Positions 10,000 to 25,318 are shown, numbered from the stretch's first letter. The stretch: DNA of 64,000 nt from an uncultured delta proteobacterium (GCA_963822965.1 CAWGJT010000012.1:320001-384000); one strand, 5' to 3'. The notes: generated by a model not told the origin, from the letters alone. Numbers and translations are program-made.

Positions 10000-12382
10000 T
10001 CAGGCGGACGCCGTCAGGATCGGTTCGACGATCTTGCGTAGCCAGCCGCCGACGTCCGGGTGGTCGAGCAGACCGGCGTCCCGGAGCCGTCGTGCCGCGA
10101 TCGCGCGAACCTCCTCGACGGACGCGACCGCCAGGGAGCGGCGCGCGTCCTCGGCGACGTCGCCCGCGTCCACGGCCCGCACGATCTCCTTCACGAGCGG
10201 CACCTGGCTCGGCGTCCCCGAGAGCTCGCCCACCCCGAGCCCGATGAGCAGGGGCACCGCCAGCGGATTGGTCGCCATCTCGCCGCACACCGAGACCGGG
10301 ATGCGGGCGCGCCGCGCCGCCTCGACCGAGCGCGCGATCAGGTTGAGCACCGCCGGATGCATCGGGATCGTAGAGGTGCGCGACCCGCTCGTTGCCCCGA
10401 TCGACGGCCAGGGTGTACTGGGTGAGGTCGTTGGTTCCGATGCTGAAGAAGTCGCACTCGGCGGCCAGCGCGTCGGCGCAGATCGCGGCGGAAGGCACCT
10501 CGATCATCATGCCGACGGGCATCTTCTCGTCGAAGTCGACGCCCGGTTTCGCGGAGTTGCTCCTGCACGTGCACCAGCGCGGAACGCGCCTCGCGCAGCT
10601 CGCCGATCGCGGAGATCATGGGGAGGAGCAGTCGCACGTTCCGCGCGGCGCTGGCGCGCAGGATCGCCCGGAGCTGGGCGTGGAAGGCGCGACGGTTCTC
10701 GAGGGTGAGACGGATCGACCGGCAGCCGAGCTGCGGGTTGTCCTCGTGACCGAGCCCGATGTTCGGGATGCCCTTGTCGCCGCCGAGGTCCAGGGTGCGG
10801 ATGGTCACCGGACGCGACCCCATCAGCTCGGTCACCCGGCGGTAGAGCTGGTTCTGCTCCTCCTCGCTCGGGAAGCCGCGATGGGCGATGGCGAGCAGCT
10901 CCGTGCGGAAGAGCCCGACGCCTTCGGCGCCGTGCTGCTCGACGAGACGCAGGTCGTTCAGCAGCCCGACGTTCGCCGAGAGCACCACCCGGCGGCCGTC
11001 GCGGGTCTCGGCCGGCCGCTCCCGCATGGCGTCGAGGTGCTGGACCGAGTCGGCGTACTCCTCGCGGGCGCGCTGGTACTCGGCCAGCAGGGGCTCGTCG
11101 GGCGCCAGGTAGAGCTTGCCGCTGCCGCCGTCGACGATCGCCAGATCGCCCGTCCGGGCCTCGCGCTGCACGCCCGTCACGCCGGTCACCGCGGGGATCT
11201 CGAGGGTGCGAGCGAAGATCGCGCCGTGGGAGGTCGAGCCGCCGTGCTCCGAGACGATGGCCGCCACCGCGTCCATCTCGAGCGTTCGCGAACAGCTCGG
11301 GGTACACCTGGTCGACGACCACCACCGAGCCCGGCTCCATCGGACTGGACGTGCCGCCGCACGCCCAGCAGCTTCTCCATCACCCGCTTGCCCACGTCCT
11401 CGACGTCGGTGCCGCGCTCGCGGAAGTAGGGATCCTCGATGCGCTCGAACGTGCTCCGGTAGGCGTCGAGCACGCCGCGCAGGGAGAGCAGCGCGTTGCC
11501 CGACGACTCGACCCCGTGCTCGAGCTTGCTCACGAAGCCGTGGTCCTCGAGGATCTGGATCTGCGTGTGGAAGACGGCCTCGAACTCCGGACCGAAGCGC
11601 TCGCCCACCACCTCGCGCATGCCGTCGATCTCGCGACGCGCCTCGGCCAGCGCCTCGCGCAGCTCGCGCTTCTCGAGGGAAGGGTCCTCGCGCGGCGTGT
11701 ACTCCAGCCGCTCCAGATCGAGCGGGTTCTCGAGACGGTAGATGGGGCCGATCGCGATGCCCCGCGACGTCGGGATCCCGCTCATCTCGATGTTCTGCTC
11801 CGAGCGGGGCGCGATCTGGGCCTGCATGATGCCCTGGTGCACAATCTGCGTGACGCTCTCGACTCGCGACACCTCGCTGTCGCCGGCGAGGGCGAGCAGC
11901 TGCGCGTTGGTCACCACGGGCGCGAGCAGCTGCGCGCAGGTCTGCAGCAGGCCCACGTCGGTCGAGTCGAAGTGGCGGGACTCGATGGTCTGGATCACGA
12001 GCACGCCGATGGTCACGCCCTGCACGATCAGGGGCGCCGCCAGCAGGGACTCGTAGCGCTCCTCGCCCGTCTCGGGGAAGTAGCGGTAGTGCGGGTCGCG
12101 GCTGGCGTGCTCGGTGGCGACCGTCTCGCCCCGCTGGGCGGCCAGGCCCACGAGGCCCTCGCCGAAGTTCAGGGTCACCTTGCGCACGGAGCGCACGTCC
12201 AGGCCCCGGGTGGCGCGCAGGGTCAGGCGCTTCATGTCCGTCCCGGTGAGGTAGATCGAGCAGACGTCCGCATCGAGACGCTTGGCCACGTGATCGATCA
12301 CGTTGGCCAGGGTTTCTTCGAGGTCGTGGGATCGCGAGACGATCTCCGCGACGTCTGCGAGTAGGGCGATCCGGTCGGGAAT
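10000..12382 (-). CDS. ptsP: GAF-domain PEP-protein phosphotransferase (enzyme I-Ntr), read across four +1 frameshifts
   Basis: GAF region ([26 protein letters not shown]), TSHGAIFAR phospho-His, [45 protein letters not shown] spread over five ORF pieces. Confidence 0.93.
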
Positions 12383-12578
12383 GGCGACCTCCGCTTGCGA
12401 GACGGGCCGCCCAGTGTAGCAACATGGCGTCCGACCGAGCCTTCCGCGGGAACGCGGCGAGGGTCGGAACCGTCCGAGTGTCTGCGGAGACCCGCTGACG
12501 GTTCCTGCGGGCAGGAGCCCGGGACCCGAGGCGGCCCGGGCGTGGGTCGACCCCGTGGCGGTGCTCGCGTCGCTGGAT

Positions 12579-12839
12579 CTAGTGGCTGAAGGAGGGGAAG
12601 TGCGGCAGTGGGCGCTTGGGCGGGAAGACGAGATCCTTGTCCTCGAAGCGGAGTCCGAGCGCCAGCAGGATCTTGCGCTTGGTGTCCATGCGACAGTTCA
12701 TGCCCTTCTCGACGCTGTGGATCGTTCGCAGGGCCACCTTCGCCTTGCGGGCCAGCTGGGCCTGCGTCATGAGCTTGTTCTCGCGCAGCTCGCGAACCCG
12801 GTTTCCGTTCGCGGGTTGATCCATCAGCTCTGCCATCAT
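12579..12839 (-). CDS. Small XRE-family helix-turn-helix protein
   Basis: NRVRELRENKLMTQAQLARKAKVALRTIHSVEKG; GGGAG RBS. Confidence 0.85.
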   Translation of the reverse strand: MMAELMDQPANGNRVRELRENKLMTQAQLARKAKVALRTIHSVEKGMNCRMDTKRKILLALGLRFEDKDLVFPPKRPLPHFPSFSH

Positions 12840-13105
12840 CTCGCTCCCTTGCTGCCGGGGGCGCTCACCGAGCCCCATCTGGACACGCAAGCCATTTCGA
12901 CCGTACAAGGGATTTCTTGAGAGAAAATCATGCGTTGGAGGCTCGGAGGCTCTTCCGGATGCAGCCTGTGCGCAGCTTTCGACAAGCGCAGCAAGCGACC
13001 CGGGATGTCGCGACGAGTCGCGCGCGAATGACCCTTCTCGGAAGCTCAATTAGGGTTCGCGAAGCGGCAGCCCGCGCGCCGATGGGGATGTCCTAGGAGG
13101 ACCTT

Positions 13106-15970
13106 GTGAGACGCCTCGCCATCGGGCTCGCTGCGGGAATCGTGCTGGGCGCAATCGCCTTCGGGGCCGGCTACGCCCTGTCGTCCGGTCCGGGGCGCGA
13201 CTTCCTCCGCGCCCAGGTCGAGAGCGGGCTCTCCGACCTGCTCCGGGGGGACGTCCAGGTCGAGGAGGTGCACGTCGTGGTCCGAGACGGGCTCGGCCTC
13301 CGCGGCAGCGGCGTGCGCGTGTACCCCGGTGACGATGGGCCCGGAATCTTCGCGGAGCACGCGAGCATCGAGCTCAACGTGGCCGCACTGCTGGTGGGCG
13401 AGCTCTCCCTGTCGTCCCTCGTCGTGGATGGGCTACGGGTCCGGGCGACGCTCCAGCCCGACGGCAGCTGGACCTTCCCGCCGCTCCAGTGGCTGCAGAA
13501 TCGGACGCCGGCAACGGATTCGAAGGCGACACCGCCCCTCGGCCTGCGGGTGCTGGCGGGCACCGAGCGGGCCGGGCGCTTCCTGCTGGAGGAGAAGCGG
13601 ATCGCGTCCCGCATCGAGATCCGGGACGCCGACGTCCTCTTCGAGGATCGCTCGGTGACCGCGGACTCGGGCATGCCCCTGCAGCGCTTCGCGATGCACG
13701 GGATCGACGCCGACCTCTCCCGGCCCTGGCTGTCGGACGACGCCCACTTCAGCCTGGCCGGGACGCTGACGGACCGCGACGCGCGCGAGGTCCACGCGGA
13801 GTGGACGGGCTCCGTACGGGAAGGCGAGGTGAACCTCGCCCTCGTCGCCGACGACGTCGATCTCGACGCCTTCGACGCCTACGTGAAGCGCCTGTCGCCC
13901 AAGGCGGACATCGAGGGCTCCCTGTCGGGATCGATCCGGCTCGCGACCGCGGAGCCCGGCTTCGAGAACGTGATCGTGGACCTCGCGCTGCACCGGGTGG
14001 TCCCCACGATCGTCGTCGACGACCGGCCCATGCGGCTGGATCTACCGTTCACACACCTCTCCACCCGCGTCGAGATCGAGCCCGACGCGGCCCGGCTCGT
14101 CGACTCCCGGGTCAGCGGGCCTCCGGTCGAGGTCGACTTCGGCGGCACGATCGAGCGCCCCGTGACGGACGACGCGAAGGCCCACTTCGAGGTCTCCATG
14201 CAGGGCCTCTCGGTGGAGTACGCGACACCTGTCATCGCCCAGCTCCCGGAGGAGACCGCGCGCGAGATCTTCGAGTGGTTCGACCGCATCGAATCCGGCC
14301 GGGTGGACCGCCTGGCGCTCAGCGGAACCGCCGGCCTCTCGGCCTGGACCGCGCTCGCGGAAGGCCAGCTCACCCGACTGCCACCGAACTTCCTGATGAG
14401 CCTCGCGGTCTCGGACGTCACGGCGCGCCTGGACGAGAACGATCGCGTGGTCGGAGGCAGCTTCCAGGCGGACTGGGCCGAGGATCGGCTGGAGCTTCGC
14501 CATGGACGGGGGAGCTGGCGTGGCGAGAGCCTGCCGGAGATGCAGCTGACCGTGGAGGGCGTCTCGCGCTTCGTCGGCATGCGGGCCAGCCAGCGCGCCT
14601 CGAACGCCCTGCCCACCCCGGGGCTCCCCCTGGTCTGGGACCTGCTGGCCCGCGACAAGGAGCCCGAAGAGGCGGCGGGCGGCACGAGCTTCCTCGTCGA
14701 CGTCGACTATCTCGATCACCCCATCGTGCGCTGGCCGGTGGAGGACGCCCACCTGATCGTCCGCCCCACGGCCTACGGCACCGAGTCCCTGGTGACCCGG
14801 GGCCGCTGGGGCGGCGTCCCCGTGACGGCCCACATTGCGTACGTCTTCCAGCCGGCGCCGCTGCTGACCGTGGGGCTCGAGGCGACGGACGCGGAGCCTG
14901 CGGAGTCCGAAGCCGCCGAGACGCCCCCGGCACGAGCACCGCATTCGGCAGCGGACTGGGGTCGCGGCCGCTTCCGACTCGAGCCCACGCGGCCGGGAGA
15001 GAGCCCGGAGGACGAGCTCCTCTCCCGCATGAGCGGCGACTTCGTACTCGCGGGAAGCGAGGTGCGGCTCTCCGACGTGAAGGTGACGCTCTCGTCCTCC
15101 ACCACGGTCGCGACGACCGCCACCGTCGATCTCGGCGACGCCGAGAGCCTCGGCGTCCGGGTCCAGGGGCACGTCCAGGGCGCCAGCTGCAGCGAGCTCG
15201 CCGGCGTCGCGGGCTTTCCCGAGGGCTTCATCACGGGCCACGTAGACGTGGACCTCGACCTGCGCGGCGACATCGACCCGAGCCGCAATCCGTGGGCCGG
15301 CCTGGCGGGGACGGTCACGGGCACGGCCACCGACGGCGAGATCCGTCAGAGCGTCCCGCTGGCCGTCGCCATGGCCGCGGCCACCGACGGCTTCAACCCC
15401 TTCGCGAAGCGCGAGGCACTCGCCTACGACAAGATCCGAGCCGACCTCCGCATCGAGGACGGAAGCCTGACCGCCGAGCGCTTCGAGCTCGAAGGCCCGG
15501 TCCGCATCTATGCGACCGGCAGCCTCGTGTTCGCGAATCCCCCCTACGAGATCGACGCAGTGGTGGGCGTGTTCCTGCTGCAACGGATCCGGGAGCTCTT
15601 GGGTAAGCTCCCCCTCGTGAATCTCGTCCTGCCGGGATCCAAGAAGGGCTTCGTCGGCGCCTACTTCAGCGTTCGGGGCCCCTGGGAGGAGCCGCAGGTC
15701 ACCACCATGGCGATGAAGTCCCTGAAGGAGGAGCTTCCGGATCTCATCACCAAGCCCTTCGACCTGATCCACTCCCTCTGGAGCGAGCAGGAGAGCGACA
15801 AGCAGCAGCGAAAGCTGGAGAAGCGCGCGGCCAGGCAGCAGGAGCGGGACGAGAAGGCGCAGGCCGAGAAGAACGAGCCGCCCCCGGCGCCGGACGCCGA
15901 CGGGGGATCCGGCGCGAACGCCCCCGCCGCCGAGGCTCCGCCCTCGACGGGCCGGACGGTCGCGCAGTGA
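13106..15970 (+). CDS. AsmA-like/DUF3971 (YhdP-type) envelope protein
   Basis: N-terminal TM anchor, long beta-rich body, C-terminal LPLVNLVL...[13 protein letters not shown] typical of AsmA_2. Confidence 0.75.
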   Translation: MRRLAIGLAAGIVLGAIAFGAGYALSSGPGRDFLRAQVESGLSDLLRGDVQVEEVHVVVRDGLGLRGSGVRVYPGDDGPGIFAEHASIELNVAALLVGELSLSSLVVDGLRVRATLQPDGSWTFPPLQWLQNRTPATDSKATPPLGLRVLAGTERAGRFLLEEKRIASRIEIRDADVLFEDRSVTADSGMPLQRFAMHGIDADLSRPWLSDDAHFSLAGTLTDRDAREVHAEWTGSVREGEVNLALVADDVDLDAFDAYVKRLSPKADIEGSLSGSIRLATAEPGFENVIVDLALHRVVPTIVVDDRPMRLDLPFTHLSTRVEIEPDAARLVDSRVSGPPVEVDFGGTIERPVTDDAKAHFEVSMQGLSVEYATPVIAQLPEETAREIFEWFDRIESGRVDRLALSGTAGLSAWTALAEGQLTRLPPNFLMSLAVSDVTARLDENDRVVGGSFQADWAEDRLELRHGRGSWRGESLPEMQLTVEGVSRFVGMRASQRASNALPTPGLPLVWDLLARDKEPEEAAGGTSFLVDVDYLDHPIVRWPVEDAHLIVRPTAYGTESLVTRGRWGGVPVTAHIAYVFQPAPLLTVGLEATDAEPAESEAAETPPARAPHSAADWGRGRFRLEPTRPGESPEDELLSRMSGDFVLAGSEVRLSDVKVTLSSSTTVATTATVDLGDAESLGVRVQGHVQGASCSELAGVAGFPEGFITGHVDVDLDLRGDIDPSRNPWAGLAGTVTGTATDGEIRQSVPLAVAMAAATDGFNPFAKREALAYDKIRADLRIEDGSLTAERFELEGPVRIYATGSLVFANPPYEIDAVVGVFLLQRIRELLGKLPLVNLVLPGSKKGFVGAYFSVRGPWEEPQVTTMAMKSLKEELPDLITKPFDLIHSLWSEQESDKQQRKLEKRAARQQERDEKAQAEKNEPPPAPDADGGSGANAPAAEAPPSTGRTVAQ

Positions 15971-16485
15971 GGGACGGAGAGCCGGCACGCAAGCGGGTGC
16001 TGAGCCAACGCGAAGCCGTGCGGCAGGTTCGCGCCGCCCAGCGCCGGGGCGAGCGCGTCGTCTTCACGAACGGCTGCTTCGACCTGCTGCACGTCGGACA
16101 CGTCCGCAGCCTCGAGCAGGCCCGCGGCCTCGGCGACCGGCTGATCGTCGCCGTGAACAGCGACGCGAGCGTGCGCGGCCTGAAGGGTCCCGGGCGTCCG
16201 ATCGTCCCCGCACGCCAGCGCATGGAGATCCTGGCCGCGCTGGCGTGCGTCGACTGGGTGGTTCCGTTTGGCGGCAGCACGCCTCGGGCGGTGATCCGCG
16301 CGCTGCGGCCCGACGTTCTCGCCAAGGGAGGCGACTGGGCCCTGGACGAGATCGTCGGGCGCGACGACGTGGAAAGCTGGGGCGGGCGCGTGGTGCGGCT
16401 GCGGGAGGTTCCCGGCGTGAGGACCACCCGGCTCCTCGCACGGACGCAGCTCAGGGGGAGGTCGGATCGGTCCCACCGCGGGTGA
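15967..16485 (+). CDS. rfaE2: D-glycero-beta-D-manno-heptose 1-phosphate adenylyltransferase
   Basis: [37 protein letters not shown]. Confidence 0.95.
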   Translation: MRDGEPARKRVLSQREAVRQVRAAQRRGERVVFTNGCFDLLHVGHVRSLEQARGLGDRLIVAVNSDASVRGLKGPGRPIVPARQRMEILAALACVDWVVPFGGSTPRAVIRALRPDVLAKGGDWALDEIVGRDDVESWGGRVVRLREVPGVRTTRLLARTQLRGRSDRSHRG

Positions 16486-17104
16486 CAGGGGCGGCGGGAG
16501 CGGCAGAGTCGACGGCGGCAGAAGCGGCGGAGTCGACGGCCGCCCGGGCGGTGAAGTCGACGGCGGCGAGGGCTGCGAGCTCGTCGGCGGCGAGGACGGA
16601 CGTCTCGACCCGCGCGAGCAGCGCGGCCCAGCTCTCGTCGCCCGCCTCCAGGCACGCCCGCGCCGCGGCGAGCACCGGCACCCGCCGCAGCATCGCGCAG
16701 GCGGGCGCCCCGAGCGCGTCGGCAGGGGGCGGGCCGGTGTCGGGCGGGTCGGCGCCCGGCGGAGCCGCGACCACCGCGTCGCTCTCCGGCCACGCGGTCA
16801 GCGCGAGCAGCAGCGCCGGGGAGGGTGCCGACGTCGCCGCCTCCACCACCAGCACGCGCTCCGCGGAGATGCCGGCGAGCGCCGCCGCGAGGCGGTCCAC
16901 CGGCGATCCCCCCGGCCCTTCGACCGGACGCGCCGGCGGCACGGCAGCGGCGCCCACCACCCAGACCTCGTCGCACAGGCGCAACAGCAGCCGGCCGAGG
17001 CCCTCGACCCGCTCGGCCGGTGCGCCGGAGGGACAGGACACGAGGCCCGACACATTGGAGAGTCGACCTTCGACGCCCCGGGGTCCGCCCTCCCGCTCAG
17101 TCAC
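16451..17104 (-). CDS. Degenerate MobA-like protein lacking recognisable nucleotidyltransferase motifs
   Basis: Directly downstream of moeA; residual MobA-like segments (DEVWVVG, LAAALA...RVLVV, DAVV); no LAGG/RMG/DK/CDxP/NxN. Confidence 0.45.
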   Translation of the reverse strand: MTEREGGPRGVEGRLSNVSGLVSCPSGAPAERVEGLGRLLLRLCDEVWVVGAAAVPPARPVEGPGGSPVDRLAAALAGISAERVLVVEAATSAPSPALLLALTAWPESDAVVAAPPGADPPDTGPPPADALGAPACAMLRRVPVLAAARACLEAGDESWAALLARVETSVLAADELAALAAVDFTARAAVDSAASAAVDSAAPAAPVTRGGTDPTSP

Positions 17105-17122
17105 GTGCTCGGGGCTCCACCA

Positions 17123-18394
17123 TCAGAATCCCGCGTCGTCACCGCCGAGGACTTCCTCGTCGAGCACCTGCACGACGACCGACGCGCCGGCTTCGAGGTG
17201 CGTCTCTTCGGCCGGGAAGACCAGCAGGCCCTGGGCGGCCACCAGGGAGGTGAGCACGCCCGAGCTCTGGTTGCCGGTGCTGGAGGCGACGAGGATGCCG
17301 TCCGCGCCTCGCGCGAGGGTCACACGCACGAAGTGGAGGCGACCCGCCTGCTTGCGGAGCGTCTCGGCCAGACGGGCGCGCACGGTGGGCAGGAACCAGC
17401 TGCGGTAGCCCATCATCTTGCGCAGCGCGGGCCGCACGAACTGCTCGAACGTCACCGCCGCCGAGACCGGGTTGCCGGGCAGCCCGAAGACCAGCGGCCG
17501 GCGATCGGCGGGGTCGTCCCCGAAGCCTCCGAAGGCCAGCGGATAGCCGGGCTTCATCTTCACCCCCCAGAAGTCCAACCGGCACCCGAGCTTCTCGAGC
17601 ACGGGGCGCACGTGATCGTGATCGCCGACGGAGACACCGGCCGAGCTGACGATGCAGTCGGCGCGCAACCCGGCGCGCAGATGCATCTCGATGTCGTCGG
17701 GATCGTCGCGAGCGATCCCCAGGTACACGGGCTCGGCGCCGATGGCGCGACACAGGGCCGCCAGCGTGTAGGAGTTCGACGAGACGATGCGGCCACCGGC
17801 CGGATCCCGGTCGGGCTCCACGAGCTCGTCGCCCCCCGACAGGATGGCGACCCGCGGCTGCTGGTGGACCGCGACGACGCTGCGCCCCAGGCTCGCGAGC
17901 AGGCCCAGGTGTGCCGCCCGCAGGGTCGTGCCGGCCTCCAGCACCCGGTCGCCCGCGCGCAGGTCCTCGCCGGCGTCACGTACGTGCTCCCGGGGCGCGG
18001 GCACGACCCGGAAGCGGACGCCTCCGGCCCCGTCCGGCTCGGTGTCCTCCTGACGAACCACCGCGTCGGCGCCGGCCGGGACCGGCGCGCCCGTGAAGAT
18101 CCGGGCCGATTCGCCGGCGCCCAGGGAGCGGCCGGGCCGGTCGCCGGCGGCCACCGAGAACGCGACGGGCAGCACCACGGGACGGTCCGCCGAGGCGCCC
18201 GCCAGATCCAGCCGGCGGACCGCATATCCGTCCATGGCCGAGCAGTCGGCCGGCGGCAGGGTGCGGTCCGAATCCACCGCCTCCGCGAGCACCCGGCCGT
18301 GGGCGTCGCGGGTCGCGACGGTCTCGGCGCCCAGGACCGGAGTGGCCTGGAGAATGGCCTCCCGGGCCTCCGAGACGCTCAATCCCGTGCGCAT
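17123..18394 (-). CDS. moeA: Molybdopterin molybdotransferase
   Basis: SAMDGYA, RIFTGAPVP, GDEL, GVSVGD, KPGYP, GLPGNPVS. Confidence 0.96.
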   Translation of the reverse strand: MRTGLSVSEAREAILQATPVLGAETVATRDAHGRVLAEAVDSDRTLPPADCSAMDGYAVRRLDLAGASADRPVVLPVAFSVAAGDRPGRSLGAGESARIFTGAPVPAGADAVVRQEDTEPDGAGGVRFRVVPAPREHVRDAGEDLRAGDRVLEAGTTLRAAHLGLLASLGRSVVAVHQQPRVAILSGGDELVEPDRDPAGGRIVSSNSYTLAALCRAIGAEPVYLGIARDDPDDIEMHLRAGLRADCIVSSAGVSVGDHDHVRPVLEKLGCRLDFWGVKMKPGYPLAFGGFGDDPADRRPLVFGLPGNPVSAAVTFEQFVRPALRKMMGYRSWFLPTVRARLAETLRKQAGRLHFVRVTLARGADGILVASSTGNQSSGVLTSLVAAQGLLVFPAEETHLEAGASVVVQVLDEEVLGGDDAGF

Positions 18395-18445
18395 GGCGGC
18401 GAAACGTACCGCAGTCCCGCCCTCCCGCGCGGCCGCTCCAGCGCG

Positions 18446-18490
18446 TTGGCGGCCCCTCCCGGGCCCGCTAGAGTGCCTATTTTCTGGGCA
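18446..18490 (+). promoter_or_regulatory. Putative sigma70 promoter with an overlapping NtrC-type box upstream of the ntrBC-like operon
   Basis: TTGGCG(18446)-N17-TAGAGT(18469) followed by TGCCTATTTTCTGGGCA (TGC-N11-GCA, 18474-18490). Confidence 0.55.
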
Positions 18491-18585
18491 TTTCCACCTT
18501 CCGGGCCCCCGACCACACCCGGGCTTCCTTCGCGACGACGCCGCGCCACATCCCGCGCGCCCACCCTCGCCCGGAGCGACCGACC

Positions 18586-19665
18586 TTGGCCCGACCCCTC
18601 GGCACGATTCTCGATGCGGTCCTGGACGGGGTCGTGGTGATCGACGGCGAGGGCCGCGTGGAGATCCTCAACGCCGAGGCGAGCCGGATCCTGGGGGCGT
18701 CCACCGCCAGCGCCGCCGGCAGCCCCTTCGACGACCTGCTGGGCGCGACGCATCCGATCAGCGCCATCACCCGATCGGTGCGCGAGACGGGCCGCTCGGC
18801 GATCGCCGACGAGGTGCCCATCGAGCGACGCTTCTCCGAGCCCCTGGTGGCCGACGCGGCGGTGGCTCCGCTGTTCGACGACGGCGGAACGCCCGGGGGC
18901 GTCGTCATCGTGCTGCGGGATCGAACGATCCAGAACTCCCTGCGCGACGCATCGACCCAGCGCGAGAAGCTCGCCTCCTACGGGCACATCGCCGCGGGCA
19001 TCGCGCACGAGGTCAAGAACCCGCTGAGCGGCATCCGCGGCGCCGCGGAGCTGATCGAGCAGCGGGCCGAGGACGATCGCACGCGACGCACCGCGGGACT
19101 GATCGTGCGCGAGGTGGACCGCATCAGCGCGCTGGTGGACGAGCTGATGGTGTTCGCCAAAGGCGAGCAGCTCGACCGCAAGCTCGCGAACCTGCACCGG
19201 GTGCTCGACCAGGTGCTGGAGCTCGTCGCCGCCGAGCCCCTGGCGGAGAAGGTCCACATCGAGCGGGTCTACGATCCCTCCATTCCCGAGCTGATGGCGG
19301 ACGAGAGCCGGCTCACCCAGATCTTCCTGAATCTCGCCCGCAACGCCCTGCAGGCCATGGGGAGCGAGGGAGGCACGCTCGTGGTGAGGACCCGCGTCTC
19401 GGTGGATCACCGACTCCCGGGCGTCGACGGCCGACTGCTGCCGGCGGTCGTCATCGAGTTCTGCGACGACGGACCCGGCATCTCGCCAGACGACGTGAAG
19501 CGGCTGGCGACCCCGTTCTTCACCACCAAGCAGAAGGGCACCGGGCTCGGCCTGGCCGTCGCGAGACACTGGGCGTCCGAGCACGGCGGCACCCTGGACG
19601 TGCGCAGCCGTCTGGGCCACGGCACGACGGTGCGCGTCTCCCTGCCCCTCCGAACCAAGGCCTGA
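18586..19665 (+). CDS. ntrB: PAS-domain histidine kinase, NtrB-like
   Basis: AHEVKNPLSGIRGAAELI, REVDRI, N-LH-VL, YDPSIP, DDGPGI, PFFTTK, GTGLGL. Confidence 0.85.
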   Translation: MARPLGTILDAVLDGVVVIDGEGRVEILNAEASRILGASTASAAGSPFDDLLGATHPISAITRSVRETGRSAIADEVPIERRFSEPLVADAAVAPLFDDGGTPGGVVIVLRDRTIQNSLRDASTQREKLASYGHIAAGIAHEVKNPLSGIRGAAELIEQRAEDDRTRRTAGLIVREVDRISALVDELMVFAKGEQLDRKLANLHRVLDQVLELVAAEPLAEKVHIERVYDPSIPELMADESRLTQIFLNLARNALQAMGSEGGTLVVRTRVSVDHRLPGVDGRLLPAVVIEFCDDGPGISPDDVKRLATPFFTTKQKGTGLGLAVARHWASEHGGTLDVRSRLGHGTTVRVSLPLRTKA

Positions 19666-19715
19666 ACGCCGCGGCGTCCCGCGCGCGTACGAGCGAAAAC
19701 GGAAGCGAGAGAAGC

Positions 19716-21162
<1,447 letters not shown>

Positions 21163-21166
<4 letters not shown>

Positions 21167-21837
21167 CCGCACGGGCGACGCGCGCGCCGCACGGAAGCAC
21201 GCCGCGGGGCGCCGCCTTCCACGGCCTGCACGTGCTGGCCGACGACGATCCGCGCTGGGGGCGCGACCCGGTGGAGCAGGCGCGCCTGGCCTGCGCGGGC
21301 GGGGCGGCCGTCGTGCAGCTGCGGGCGAAGCACGCCACGGACGCGTGCGCGTTGGCGTGGGGCCGCGCCATCCGCGCGCTGTGCGACGCCCACGGCGCGC
21401 GCTTCGTGGTGAACGACCGCTTCGACCTGGCCCTGGCCTGCCGGGCGGACGCCGTCCACCTGGGCCAGACCGACCTGCCGCCCCGGGCCCTGCCGGCGGC
21501 CGTGCGGGCGCAGCTCGCCGTCGGACGCTCCACCCACGACGTCGCCCAGGCCCGGGCGGCCTGTGACGAGGACGTGGACTACGTGGCCTTCGGCCCGCTC
21601 TTCGCCACGGCGTCGAAGGAGACGGGATACGAGGCTCGCGGCCTGGACCGGCTCGCAGAGATCGTGTCCATCGTGTCCCCCCGGCCCGTGGTGGCGATCG
21701 GGGGAATCGATGCGCGGCGCATCGATTCCGTGATGGCTGCGGGCGCGGCCGGAGCGGCGGTGATCGCGGCGGTGGTCGGCGCGGACGACCCCGAGGCGGC
21801 CACCCGCGAGCTCGTGACGCACCTGGAGGACGCGTGA
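21163..21837 (+). CDS. thiE: Thiamine-phosphate synthase
   Basis: VQLRAK, VNDR, HLGQTD, GRSTH, GPLFATASK, VAIGGI. Confidence 0.93.
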
Positions 21838-23065
21838 CCGATCCGGGGCTGCGGCTCGTCTCGGCGCTGGGCTTCGCGTGCATGATCGGCCTCGCGTGGC
21901 TCGCGTCTTCGGACCGCCGCGCCTTTCCGGGCCGCACGGTGGCCTGGGGCGTCGGCGTGCAGCTCGCGCTCGGCCTGCTGCTGCTGCGCAGCCCGTTCGG
22001 GCACGGCTTCTTCGGGGCGGTGAACGGCGTCGTCGAACGCTTCCTCCACTACACCGACGCCGGAACCCGCTTCGTCTTCGGTCCCCTGATGGATACGGGC
22101 TTCTCGTTCGCCCTGAACGTGCTGCCCGTGATCATCTTCATGGGATCGTTCTTCGCCGTGCTCTATCACCTGGGCCTGGTGCAGCGGGTGGTGGACGCCA
22201 TGGCCTGGGCGTTGGCCCGGACGATGCGGCTCTCGGGCGCCGAGAGCCTGGCCGCGGTGGCGAACATCTTCGTGGGCATGATCGAGTCGGGTCTCGTGGT
22301 GAAGCCGTACCTGGCGGCCATGACCCGTTCCGAGCTCTTCAGCCTGATGACCCTGGGAATGGCGACGGTGGCCGGGTCGGTGCTGCTCTCCTACGTGAGC
22401 CTCCTCGGCGGCGGGGACTTCGCCGGGCACCTGGTCACGGCGAGCCTGCTCTCCGCCCCGGCGGGGCTGCTCGATCGCCAAGGTGATGGTGCCGGAGAGC
22501 GGGCAGCCGGTCGACCGCCCAGGGGACCGAAGAGCCGCATCGAGATGGACTCGGTCAACGTGATCGACGCCGCCGCCACGGGGGCGCTCAACGGATTGCG
22601 GCTGGCCGCCTACGTGGGCACGATGCTGGTGGCGTTCGTGGCGCTGATCGCCCTGGGAAACGACCTGCTGGCGACGGTGGGCGGCTGGGTGGGCGTGCCG
22701 GATCTCACCCTGCAGCGGGTGCTCGGGGTGGCCCTGGCGCCGCTGGCCTGGCTGATGGGCATTCCGTGGGAGGACGCGCCGAAGGTGGGCGCCATGCTGG
22801 GCATGAAGACGATCCTCAACGAGTTCATCGCCTACCAGGAGCTGGGAAGCGCGATCGCCGACGGCGCCATCGGCCAGCGGGCCGCGGTGATCGCCTCGTA
22901 TGCGCTCTGCGGCTTCGCGAACTTCGGCTCCCTTGCGATCCTGCTGGGCGGTCTGGGGGGCATGGCGCCGGAGAGGCGCCACGACGTGGCGCAGCTCGGC
23001 ATCCGCTCCATCGTCGGCGGTACCCTGGCCACCATGATGACCGGCTGCGTGGCGGGGATGCTGCT

Positions 23066-23069
<4 letters not shown>
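21834..23069 (+). CDS. NupC/CNT-family nucleoside transporter (short out-of-frame patch at about 22473-22530)
   Basis: [45 protein letters not shown]. Confidence 0.92.
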
Positions 23070-25020
<1,951 letters not shown>

Positions 25021-25024
<4 letters not shown>

Positions 25025-25216
25025 TGTCCTGAGTCAGAAGTTCGGCGTCGGATCCGCTCGATGGCGGCTCGTCTCGATCGCACCGAGGCCGCCCGTGCGG
25101 CCCGCCGACAAGGCGCGCGACCGAGGCATAGCCGAGCTACGGTGACGGGAGCGCAACGCAGCCGGCGGGCCGCACGGGCGGCCGAATGCCGGCGAACTTC
25201 TGACTCAGGACACTAG
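25021..25216. mobile_element. Palindromic MITE-like element, family A copy 2
   Basis: Perfect 24-bp TIR CTAGTGTCCTGAGTCAGAAGTTCG (25021-25044 / 25193-25216); inner 23-bp stem with one mismatch; core shared with 5389-5565; left CTAG contains the upstream TAG stop. Confidence 0.85.
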
Positions 25217-25318
25217 CAGCGGCGGCGGGCCGGGAGCGGGGTCTTGCAATCCCGCGGCGCTTCGGATCCAATTGAGCGCCCGCCGACCCCCCTACGGATC
25301 GGCGACCCGGGAGGAGCC

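Noticed and set aside
10000..12382. ptsP as a true pseudogene or programmed frameshift
   Set aside because: Only +1 indels, no nonsense codons or slippery heptamers, and similar errors in other genes; sequencing artefact is more likely but not proven
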